Source: Gemmatimonadales bacterium (GTDB taxonomy: Bacteria > Gemmatimonadota > Gemmatimonadetes > Gemmatimonadales > GWC2-71-9). Taken from it: a stretch of DNA of 64,000 nucleotides. A model generated the notes under the pieces. It did no database searches, was not told where the DNA came from, and worked only from the letters and a program-made list of their open reading frames with translations. Every line of letters starts with the position of its first letter. The first letter of the stretch is position 1. Positions 56,381 through 64,000 of the stretch are shown here, one piece after another. Location of the stretch: contig JBBCJC010000001.1 in NCBI GenBank assembly GCA_037189525.1, forward strand, positions 768,001 to 832,000, given 5' to 3'. A program made the position numbers and the translations under genes.

Positions 56381-59091
56381 TCTGAGCGCAGCGCCACGAC
56401 CGGATCGATGGCCGCCGCGCGCATGGCGGGGCGCAGACTGGCAACCACCGCCACCGCCGCCAGAACGGCAACTACGGCAATCAGCGTAACCGGATCGTTC
56501 GGCGCGACCCCGACGAGGAAGCTGGCCAGCAGACGACCCATCACCAGCGTACCAAGCAGACCGATGCCGATCCCGGCGGCAACCACCATCAGCGATTGCC
56601 GGACCACGGTCCGTCGGACCGACCCGGCGGGAGCTCCGATCGCGATCCGCACTCCGATTTCTCTGGTGCGGCGCGCTACGGTATAGGCAATCACCCCGTA
56701 GAGTCCGATCACACTGAGAAAGAGCGCAGCTGCCGCTGAAATGCCGAGCAGCAGCATCAGGACGCTGACACGGCGCATCGATGCGGTCACGATGTCGTCC
56801 ATGGTGCGAGGATTTTCCACCGCGGCGCCGGGGTCGATTTCGCGCACCAGTCGCCGTATTTCGGGCATGACGGCCAGCGGACTCCCGCCGCTGACTTTGA
56901 CGATCAGACGCATCCGCGCAGGCGGAGACCACAGCCAGGTACCCGGGATGGCCTCGATGGGGAAGTACCCCACTTCCACGGGCAGCCGATCGAGTCCCTC
57001 CCAGCGAAGATCCTGCGTCATGCCGACGACGCGATACATCGCGCCAGTGCGTGGCGACGGACCATTGACGGCCCGGTCGAGCACCCGACCATCGGGAAAG
57101 ATCCGGCGCGCCAGGGCATCCGAGATCAGCATGCCGCCGGTTTTTCCGTCGATGTCCGCCCAGGTCAAGTCCCGTCCGTCGAGCTTGATCCCGAGCGCCG
57201 TGAAATATCCCGGTCCCACGATGGCGTTGAGGATGCAGGCTACGTTGGTACTCGGATCGCGGTCGGGGTAGTCGAAGACCGAGCAACCGTCTTCGGCCTC
57301 GAGCGGCACTACGCTGCCGACACTCGCCACCTGGATCGAAGGCAACTCCTCGAGCCGCTGAGTCAGCAGGCGATAAAACTCGGTGGTCCGGTCGTAGGTG
57401 CGATACTCGTTGAAGGGTAGCGCCAGGTCCGCAACCATCACGCCGGAGGGATCGAATCCGGGATTCACGTTGCGAAGCGATTGCAGACTTCGGATCAGGA
57501 GGCCCGCCGCCGCCAGCAGCACCATGGCAACGGCCACCTGCGTCACGACGAGCAGGTGACGGGTCGCGTTCTCGCGTCGCGAGGGCGTGGTACCCTGCGC
57601 CGCCCGCACGGCCTCGCCGCCTTTGGGGTCGATGGTGAACTGAATCACGACGAACGCGAGACCGGCCAACAACGCGACCGCCGCGGCAAACCCGACCCCA
57701 TGCCCGTCGAGTACCACCTCGGTCAGCCGAGGCAGCGTCACACCGCCCGGGCCCGCCCCGTTCGGCAGGCCAGCGACCAGCATCCTGAGGCCACCCCAGG
57801 CGAGACCCAGGCCGACCAGAAGGCCGGCTCCGGCAACCAGAATCGCTTCCGCAAAGTGATGCCAGGCGAGTTGCCGGCGATTGGCCCCCAAGAGCGCCCG
57901 AACCGCCACCTCACGCCGCAGCGTCTGACTCCGGACCAGGAACAGGTTGGCCACGTTGGCCGCCGCGATCAGCAGGACCAGGATCGATGCGGCGAAGAGC
58001 ACCCAGAGCGTCCGCGGCGCCTCGCCGACCACGGTGTCCTTCCAGGGCACGGCGCGGGTCGTGAAACCGGTGTTCTCCATGAAGCGCTGCGAGTACACCG
58101 TGGGAAAGCGGTCGATATAGCCGGCCGCCAGCGCGGCGAGTTCTCGCGAGACCGTCTCCGGTGTGGCGCCTTCGGTAAGCCGCGCAATGGCGCGATAGAC
58201 GTGGCTGTTATGCGGTGGTCCGCCCGGCTGATACCGCTGGGGTACCCAGAGGTCGACCGGCCAGTCCGGAAGCGCGACGTTACCGGCAACCACGCCGACG
58301 ATCTCCGCCGTCGCTCCTTCGATCCGGATCGAGGCCCCCACCACGTCGGGCGCACCTCCGAATCGACTGCGCCAGTACGGCTCGCTGAGCACGACGACGG
58401 TCGGTGACGCCACGTCATTGTCGCTCTCGACCAGCAAGCGGCCCAGAAGGGGCGACGCGCCGAGCAGCGGGAGGGCGCCGGCCGATACCATGCCGGCGTT
58501 GATGCGGTTGGCCTGATCATCGATCGAGACGGTCAGCCGTTGGTTGCCGTAGAGCGCCACGACGGCGAGGCTCCTGGCTTCCCGCTGGAACAGCTCGAAC
58601 TCCGCAATCGAAATATTCCACTCGTGTCCCGGGCCGATCTTGGGCACCGGGTGCATGATGCGAACCAGGCGATCGGCGGCCGGATACGGCAGCGGGCGGA
58701 GCACGATGGCGTCGAGCACCGTGAAGACCGCCACGCTGGCGGCAATCCCGACCGCGAGCGTCATCACAGCCACGAGACTGAAGCTCGGAGTGCGGCGCAA
58801 CGATCGCCAGGCGCGGCGTATCTCCTGCCGAGCAACCGTAAACGACTCCCGCCGCTGATCGCTGCGGCGATGGGAACGATCTTCGCGATGGGCCTCCCGC
58901 CGGTAGCGCGTCACGTCGCCGAAACGCTGCCGAGCCTGGGCTTCCGCTTGCTCCGGTGTCATCCCGGCGGCCAGATTGGCCTCGATCTGCGCTTCGAGAT
59001 GGTGGGTCATCTCATCCTGAAGGTCGGCGTCGACATCGCCCCGACGCACGAGGTCCCGCAACGGCTGGTACTTGTCCGGAAGCCATCCCAT
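56377..59091 (-). CDS. ADOP-type duplicated ABC permease with N-terminal prefix domain
   Basis: DEMTHHLE...GMTPEQA..QARQRFGD, AANVANL, RTREIGVRIAIGA. Confidence 0.92.
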   Translation of the reverse strand: MGWLPDKYQPLRDLVRRGDVDADLQDEMTHHLEAQIEANLAAGMTPEQAEAQARQRFGDVTRYRREAHREDRSHRRSDQRRESFTVARQEIRRAWRSLRRTPSFSLVAVMTLAVGIAASVAVFTVLDAIVLRPLPYPAADRLVRIMHPVPKIGPGHEWNISIAEFELFQREARSLAVVALYGNQRLTVSIDDQANRINAGMVSAGALPLLGASPLLGRLLVESDNDVASPTVVVLSEPYWRSRFGGAPDVVGASIRIEGATAEIVGVVAGNVALPDWPVDLWVPQRYQPGGPPHNSHVYRAIARLTEGATPETVSRELAALAAGYIDRFPTVYSQRFMENTGFTTRAVPWKDTVVGEAPRTLWVLFAASILVLLIAAANVANLFLVRSQTLRREVAVRALLGANRRQLAWHHFAEAILVAGAGLLVGLGLAWGGLRMLVAGLPNGAGPGGVTLPRLTEVVLDGHGVGFAAAVALLAGLAFVVIQFTIDPKGGEAVRAAQGTTPSRRENATRHLLVVTQVAVAMVLLAAAGLLIRSLQSLRNVNPGFDPSGVMVADLALPFNEYRTYDRTTEFYRLLTQRLEELPSIQVASVGSVVPLEAEDGCSVFDYPDRDPSTNVACILNAIVGPGYFTALGIKLDGRDLTWADIDGKTGGMLISDALARRIFPDGRVLDRAVNGPSPRTGAMYRVVGMTQDLRWEGLDRLPVEVGYFPIEAIPGTWLWSPPARMRLIVKVSGGSPLAVMPEIRRLVREIDPGAAVENPRTMDDIVTASMRRVSVLMLLLGISAAAALFLSVIGLYGVIAYTVARRTREIGVRIAIGAPAGSVRRTVVRQSLMVVAAGIGIGLLGTLVMGRLLASFLVGVAPNDPVTLIAVVAVLAAVAVVASLRPAMRAAAIDPVVALRSD

Positions 59092-59106
59092 GGTCTCGCT
59101 CCTGGT

Positions 59107-59445
59107 TTACGCCGATCGACCCGGTTCACTCGCCATGACCAGCCCGACCACCTGAGTAAATCGGTTCCAGTTCCGGCTCTCGGTGGACAGCTGCTCCCGC
59201 CCCGCCGGCGTCAGTTCGTAGTACCGGGCCCGGCGCTTGTTGGCCGTGATGCCCCATTGCGCCCGGAGCCACCCCTTTCGGGTCATCCGGTGGAGCGCCG
59301 GATAGAGCGACCCCTCCTCGATGACCAGGGCGTCCCCGGTCCGCGCCTCGATCCAGCGCGCCACCCCGAAACCATGATTCGGGCCCCAGGACAGGGCCTT
59401 CAGAATCAGCATGTCGAGCGTACCCTGCAGTAGATCCAGGCTCAT
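59107..59445 (-). CDS. PadR family regulator
   Basis: LQGTLDMLILKAL..GP.HG..EEGSLYPALHR...RRARYY.LT. Confidence 0.95.
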   Translation of the reverse strand: MSLDLLQGTLDMLILKALSWGPNHGFGVARWIEARTGDALVIEEGSLYPALHRMTRKGWLRAQWGITANKRRARYYELTPAGREQLSTESRNWNRFTQVVGLVMASEPGRSA

Positions 59446-59460
59446 TGGCGACCTCCATTA

Positions 59461-59477
59461 CCATAGACACTCTATGG
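59461..59477. promoter_or_regulatory. Putative PadR operator
   Basis: CCATAGA-CAC-TCTATGG palindrome 15 bp upstream of padR. Confidence 0.65.
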
Positions 59478-59571
59478 AAACGGAACGTTGCAATCCCAGG
59501 TTTCAACCCTGCCCCCTGCCCCGTCGCCCCGGCACTATCTTCTCCGAATCCCACGACTCGGGGGGCGCGCG

Positions 59572-60675
59572 GTGCGATGGATCGTCGGAGTCCTGATCGG
59601 GCTGCACGGCCTGATCCACCTGCTCGGCTTTGCCAAAGCCCTCGATCCGGGCGCGATCCCGACCCTGCCGCTGACCATCTCGCGGGGTATGGGATGGTGG
59701 TGGTTGCTCGCCGGCATCCTGTTGATCGGGACGGCGGTGATGTCGATGCTGAGGCTCCCCGGCTGGTGGCTGCTGGGCGGCGTTGCCCTGGTGCTGTCGC
59801 AGATCCTGATCGTGACAGTCTGGTCCGAGGCGTGGGCGGGCACCATCGGCAACGTGGTTCTGTTGGTTGCCGTACTGCTAGGCTGGTTTCTCTACGGCCC
59901 GGCGAGTTTCCGCCGAGTGATGGATCGCGACATCGCACCCCGCTTCAGCGCGGCAGCGACGGACGCGATCAGCCCAGCGGACCTGGCGGGATTGCCAGAG
60001 CCGGCCCGTCGGTTTCTCGCGGCCTCGGGCGTGATCGGCCAGCCCAGAGTGCGCAACTACCGGATTCGGTTCCGCGGCCGGATCAGGGGCACGCCCGACG
60101 CGCGGTGGATGCCGTTCACCGCCGACCAGCAGAGCTTTGCCTACCAACCGGCCAGATTCTTCCTGATGCACGCCCGGATGTTCGGGCTTCCGGTCGAGGC
60201 CTTCCATCGTTTCGCCGACGGCGAGGCCTCCATGCAGGTCAAGCTGCTGGGCGCCATCCCGCTCGTGCACGCCGCCGGCCGGGAGATGAACCGGATCGAA
60301 TCGGTGACGCTGCTCAACGACATGGTGTTGATGGCGCCAGCCACCCTGCTCGATCCGAGGGTGACCTGGGAAGCAATCGACGACGACCGCGTCCTGCTCC
60401 GGTTCGTCCACGGTCCCGATACCGTTTCGGCTACCCTCGTGATCGACGCCGGCGGCCAGCTGGTCGACTTCGTATCGGACGACCGCGCCCGGCTATCCGA
60501 GGACGGTAAGCGCTTCGAAGCGGCGCGGTTCTCCACGCCGATCCTGACCTATGGAACGTTCGGTCCCATGCAGCTGCCGAGTCTTGGGGAAGGCCGCTGG
60601 TCGCTTCCAGACGGCGGCAGCTTTGCCTACGGCGAGTTCGAAATCCTCTCGGTGGAGTACAACGTTCGGCCCTGA
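59572..60675 (+). CDS. Membrane-anchored protein (DUF6544/DUF6920-like)
   Basis: HGLIHLLGF, LAGLPEP..RFL, WMPFTADQ, TLLNDM, FVSDDR. Confidence 0.8.
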   Translation: MRWIVGVLIGLHGLIHLLGFAKALDPGAIPTLPLTISRGMGWWWLLAGILLIGTAVMSMLRLPGWWLLGGVALVLSQILIVTVWSEAWAGTIGNVVLLVAVLLGWFLYGPASFRRVMDRDIAPRFSAAATDAISPADLAGLPEPARRFLAASGVIGQPRVRNYRIRFRGRIRGTPDARWMPFTADQQSFAYQPARFFLMHARMFGLPVEAFHRFADGEASMQVKLLGAIPLVHAAGREMNRIESVTLLNDMVLMAPATLLDPRVTWEAIDDDRVLLRFVHGPDTVSATLVIDAGGQLVDFVSDDRARLSEDGKRFEAARFSTPILTYGTFGPMQLPSLGEGRWSLPDGGSFAYGEFEILSVEYNVRP

Positions 60676-60738
60676 TTGCATCCACTGGATTGGGTGGATC
60701 AAGCGCCGGTAGACCATGTGCTCATGAGGACTGTCCTG

Positions 60739-60781
60739 AAAAGAAAATCACGCCAGGAGGTACCTCTCACTGGCGTGAAAA
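60739..60781 (-). terminator. Rho-independent terminator
   Basis: TCACGCCAG...CTGGCGTGA with a TTTTCTTTT tract on the minus strand. Confidence 0.65.
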
Positions 60782-60853
60782 CTTCCAAGGCTCCGCAGGA
60801 TGAATAAAGGAGTCGGCCTCGTCAGCACATGACCTTTTGCAGGCCCCCTACGT

Positions 60854-61306
60854 TTAGATGCTATCCCGCCGAGCAGGCTCGATACCCGACGCCGCCTGGA
60901 CTTTACTCAGCCGAAATCGAAGCTTGGCCACAATCCCCGGCGCGGTGTTCTTCTCGTGGACTTTGAACACGAGCCCTTCAGCATCCGTCTCGGTCTGCGT
61001 CGAAATAACGATAAAGTCTTCCCGCTTCGACCCGGCAAAGATTCCGAAGGCCGCCTTCTTCACCAACCCAGCGTCTTTCCGCTCAGTCGAATTGCTCACC
61101 TCAGTGATGGTCTGCACAGGAATCGAGAGCAACGCCTTTCCCTTTTTGTCGACCAGTTTGATATCCGATTCTCCGATGAGGAGGGTTCCTTTCTTCTGGT
61201 CCTCCATCCCGGCTTTCCCACCGATGTACTCGACGTTCGGGAACATGTCCTGGGCCGACGCCGGTGCCGAGATACCCAGAACCAGGATCAACAATGGGAG
61301 ACGCAT
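60854..61306 (-). CDS. Hypothetical secreted Lys-rich protein
   Basis: AAGGAAG RBS, signal peptide ending ASA-Q; beta-rich, PH-like pattern. Confidence 0.7.
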   Translation of the reverse strand: MRLPLLILVLGISAPASAQDMFPNVEYIGGKAGMEDQKKGTLLIGESDIKLVDKKGKALLSIPVQTITEVSNSTERKDAGLVKKAAFGIFAGSKREDFIVISTQTETDAEGLVFKVHEKNTAPGIVAKLRFRLSKVQAASGIEPARRDSI

Positions 61307-61365
61307 GCAATGCTTCCTTCCTACGGGGTGATACCCAGTCAAACGGTTGAAAATGGCCTCGTCGA

Positions 61366-61405
61366 TACCATTGGAATGGCTACCATTAGAATGGCTACCA
61401 TTGGA
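61366..61405. repeat. 15-bp tandem repeat of palindromic units
   Basis: TACCATTGGAATGGC TACCATTAGAATGGC TACCATTGGA. Confidence 0.9.
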
Positions 61406-61445
61406 CTGTTGCAAGGGTCGGGCCTAACCGCGCCCTTTGTAGGCC

Positions 61446-61667
61446 ATGTCCAGCCCTCGAATCAAATTCGGCAGCGCAGTTCGGCGACTCAGGATCGCCC
61501 AAGGCTTTTCGCAGGAAGGATTTGCGGAGGCATGTCGATTTCACCGAACCTATATCGGAGCCATCGAACGCGGGGAGAAGAATGTCACGCTAGACAGCAT
61601 GGTTCGTATCGCTGACACTCTCCAGCTATCTGTTTTTGCCCTGTTTCGGGAGGCCGAGAAAGGCTAG
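61446..61667 (+). CDS. XRE family HTH regulator (C-protein-like)
   Basis: FGSAVRRLR...SQEGFA....HRTYIGAIERGEKNVTL. Confidence 0.9.
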   Translation: MSSPRIKFGSAVRRLRIAQGFSQEGFAEACRFHRTYIGAIERGEKNVTLDSMVRIADTLQLSVFALFREAEKG

Positions 61668-61690
61668 AGGGGACTCCAGCCGCAGGGTAC

Positions 61691-61727
61691 TTGACATTCC
61701 CGAACAAAAACCGAAGATTGGGCGAAG
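61691..61727 (+). promoter_or_regulatory. Promoter with SOS-box-like direct repeats
   Basis: TTGACA-N17-AAGATT overlapped by GAAC-N7-GAAG-N7-GAAG. Confidence 0.55.
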
Positions 61728-61750
61728 TTCCTGGCAATGGAAGCCCGATC

Positions 61751-61873
61751 ATGTCCGTCGAATTGTCGCCCAAGCCGACCGCGGTCCGCGTCTGCCCCGA
61801 ATGCGCCGGTCCGATCATGCACGGATCGGCCTGTGTCTCCTGTCTCCAGTGCGGCTGGGCCCGATGCGGTTAG
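61751..61873 (+). CDS. 40-aa zinc-ribbon microprotein
   Basis: MSVELSPKPTAVRVCPECAGPIMHGSACVSCLQCGWARCG; overlaps the next start codon. Confidence 0.7.
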   Translation: MSVELSPKPTAVRVCPECAGPIMHGSACVSCLQCGWARCG

Positions 61874-62898
61874 CCTCCGACCAGATCGGGCTCGAGCTGT
61901 CCACGGGCCGAGTACCGCTCCCGACCCTCGATCGGCGCCAGCGGGGTACCGACTTCATCGGGATGCAGATCACCCGGCTCGCCAACGCGCCGGAGTCGAC
62001 CGGGATGCCGTTCTGGTCGATCAACCCGTATATCGGCTGCGAGTTCGGCTGCAGCTACTGCTACGCGCGAGACACCCACCGATGGACCTCGGAACGCAAC
62101 GAGCTGACGCGCGAGCGGCTGCCATCTGAGGAGTTCGAGCGTCGCATCTTCGTCAAGCAGAACGCCGCGCTGATGCTGCAGCAGACCCTGGACCCGGCCA
62201 AGGTCGGGCACAGCCCGATCGCCATCGGGACGGCCACCGACCCCTACCAGCCCGCCGAGCGCCGGTTCGGCGTCACCCGGTCGATCCTGGAGGCCTTCCG
62301 CGGCTACCGTGGCCTGTCGATCCATATCACGACCAAGTCTCCGCTGGTGGCGCGCGATATCGACCTGCTGCTCGAGCTCGGCCGGCGCCATCGGATCTCG
62401 GTCAACATCTCGCTGATTTCCCTCGACGCCGAGCTGATCCGCCGTCTCGAACCGAAAACGCCGTTACCGCACGCCCGCTTGCGCGCCTTGCGAGCGCTGA
62501 CCGACGCCGGGATCAACGCGGGGCTGATGATCGCGCCGATCATCCCGGGGCTGACGGATGGCTGGGGAGCGCTTGGTGGACTGATGGCGGCGGCGAAGGA
62601 GGCCGGAGCGTGTTTTGCCGACGGGTCTGCGCTCAGACTCGGCCCGGTGGCGCGTTCCGGTTTTCTTCCCGCCCTGGAACGCGAGTTTCCCAAACTGCTC
62701 GATCGGTATCGTCGCCGGTACGCGCGCCGGCACGATGCCGGTCGAGACTATCTCGAAGCGCTAGCCAAGCGGCTCCGCACCCTGCAGCGGATTCACGGCT
62801 TCCCGGAGAACTTCAGTCACCGGTCGACCCAACCGCGACCGCTCTTCGAACAACGCCGCGCTCTGACCGCGCAGCCGAATCTCACCCTGGTACCGTGA
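61864..62898 (+). CDS. Radical SAM protein (Rv2578c/PA0069, spore photoproduct lyase-like family)
   Basis: SINPYIGCEFGCSYCYAR, GTATDPYQPAE, TKS, PIIPGLTD. Confidence 0.9.
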   Translation: MRLASDQIGLELSTGRVPLPTLDRRQRGTDFIGMQITRLANAPESTGMPFWSINPYIGCEFGCSYCYARDTHRWTSERNELTRERLPSEEFERRIFVKQNAALMLQQTLDPAKVGHSPIAIGTATDPYQPAERRFGVTRSILEAFRGYRGLSIHITTKSPLVARDIDLLLELGRRHRISVNISLISLDAELIRRLEPKTPLPHARLRALRALTDAGINAGLMIAPIIPGLTDGWGALGGLMAAAKEAGACFADGSALRLGPVARSGFLPALEREFPKLLDRYRRRYARRHDAGRDYLEALAKRLRTLQRIHGFPENFSHRSTQPRPLFEQRRALTAQPNLTLVP

Positions 62899-62965
62899 CT
62901 GCGGAGCAACAGCCACAGCGATCGGGGTGAAGTAGTTCGAGCAATCCCCCGTCGCGGCCGAGTTG

Positions 62966-63958
62966 CTACCAGACCAGCACGATCTTGCCGAATACTTCGT
63001 TCGCTTCCATAGCCGCGTGCGCCTCGGCAATAGCGGTCATCGGATAGACAGCACCGACGATCGGCCGGAGCCGCCCCGCCGCGATCTCCGGCACTACTCG
63101 CGCAACGAATTCGCTGACCAACGCCACCCGTTCGTCACGGGCCCGGGATCGCATCACCGTGCCGATCACCTCGAGCCGGCCACGGAGAACCCGGCCCAGG
63201 TCCACCCGCTCCGCCAGGGCGCCCTGCATGGTGCCAAGCAACACCAGCCGCCCGCGAAGCGCGAGGGCGGCCAGGTTATCGGCCAGGGCGCCGCCGCCGA
63301 AGAAATCGAGAATCAGATCGACCGGCGCATCCAGCTGCTCTCGAAAGCTGCGGACCGACGTGTCGATGCCAAAATCGAGGCCGAGTGCTCGGGCGCGGAC
63401 CAGCTTGTCGGCGGTCCGCGAAGTGCCGAGAACGGTTGCGCCAAGCCATCGGGCCAGCTGCACCGCCGCGGTTCCCACGCCGCTTCCAACGGCGTGGATC
63501 AGGACGCGCTCCCCGGGTGCCACTCGCCCGCGCGTAACCAGCGCATCGAACGCCGTGAGGAATGCCTCCGGTACGGCCGCCGCCTCGACCTCACCGAGTG
63601 CGTCGGGAATCGGAATGGCCTCCCGCTCGTGGACGACGACGTACTCTGCCTGCGCTCCGCCTCCGACCAACCCCATGACGCGCGCACCGGGCTGCAGCCG
63701 GTCGGCGCCAGGTCCGCAGGACTCGACGACTCCGGCGTATTCCAGTCCGGGGATGTCCGGTGGCCAGCCCGGCGGCGCCGGGTAGTGCCCGAGGCGCTGG
63801 ACCACGTCGGCTCGATTGAGTCCCGCAGCGATGACCCTGATCAGGATCTCGCCCGGACCCGGCTCCGGTCGCGGCGCGTCGTCGATGGCGAGCACCTCGC
63901 GACCACCGGCGCCCCGGTACCGCACCACCCGCATCGTCTCAGGTGTCAAACCAGCCAT
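62966..63958 (-). CDS. NAD(P)H-quinone oxidoreductase (MDR, PIG3-like)
   Basis: GLNRAD..QR.G.YP, PGLE, HAVGSGVG, GKIVL. Confidence 0.92.
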   Translation of the reverse strand: MAGLTPETMRVVRYRGAGGREVLAIDDAPRPEPGPGEILIRVIAAGLNRADVVQRLGHYPAPPGWPPDIPGLEYAGVVESCGPGADRLQPGARVMGLVGGGAQAEYVVVHEREAIPIPDALGEVEAAAVPEAFLTAFDALVTRGRVAPGERVLIHAVGSGVGTAAVQLARWLGATVLGTSRTADKLVRARALGLDFGIDTSVRSFREQLDAPVDLILDFFGGGALADNLAALALRGRLVLLGTMQGALAERVDLGRVLRGRLEVIGTVMRSRARDERVALVSEFVARVVPEIAAGRLRPIVGAVYPMTAIAEAHAAMEANEVFGKIVLVW

Positions 63959-64000
63959 ACCACTCGTCTCCCTTCAGATACCCTTCAACGCCGGAACTGC

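Noticed and set aside
61366..61405. Possible mini-CRISPR
   Set aside because: The 15-bp units are contiguous with no spacers; no cas genes
61307..61414. N-terminal extension with SNGSH repeats on the 60854 ORF
   Set aside because: The RBS and signal peptide point to a start at 61306; the repeats are better explained as DNA-level sites
61751..62898. Cys-rich peptide plus radical SAM as a sactipeptide/ranthipeptide cluster
   Set aside because: The enzyme has no SPASM or RRE domain and belongs to the SPL-like repair family; no transporter or protease adjacent

Overview
GC-rich bacterial chromosomal segment with about 65 genes, and no rRNA, tRNA, CRISPR array or transposase that I can recognise. 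The gene content (6-bladed beta-propeller lipoproteins, Big_2 lipoprotein, PadR/ADOP permeases, many secreted peptidases) suggests Gemmatimonadota; this is inference. Main blocks: secreted hydrolases (1-12.4 kb); paaABCD with a PaaR-like operator; a decaying array of beta-propeller lipoproteins built on a triplicated divergent promoter (15.1-19.7 kb); an unusual GntR-controlled aromatic catabolic operon (20-29 kb) combining HpaB/HpaC, a substrate-pocket variant of PcaGH, an SMP-30 lactonase, a GlucD-like enolase plus a pseudo-enolase, an RraA aldolase, a 2-hydroxyacid dehydrogenase and NIPSNAP; a back-to-back regulatory hub (33-39 kb) with a SAM-II-like riboswitch before thrC-like/moaD-like/moeB and a Thr/Met/Lys-rich leader-peptide attenuator before asd-lysC; a Phd-VapC toxin-antitoxin pair; an ECF sigma/anti-sigma/two secreted HEAT-repeat operon; and an SOS-box-like promoter driving a 40-aa zinc-ribbon microprotein and a radical SAM gene. 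Best candidates for novelty: the hybrid aromatic pathway, the attenuator/riboswitch hub and the zinc-ribbon microprotein. All family calls come from motif recognition by eye, not from database searches.
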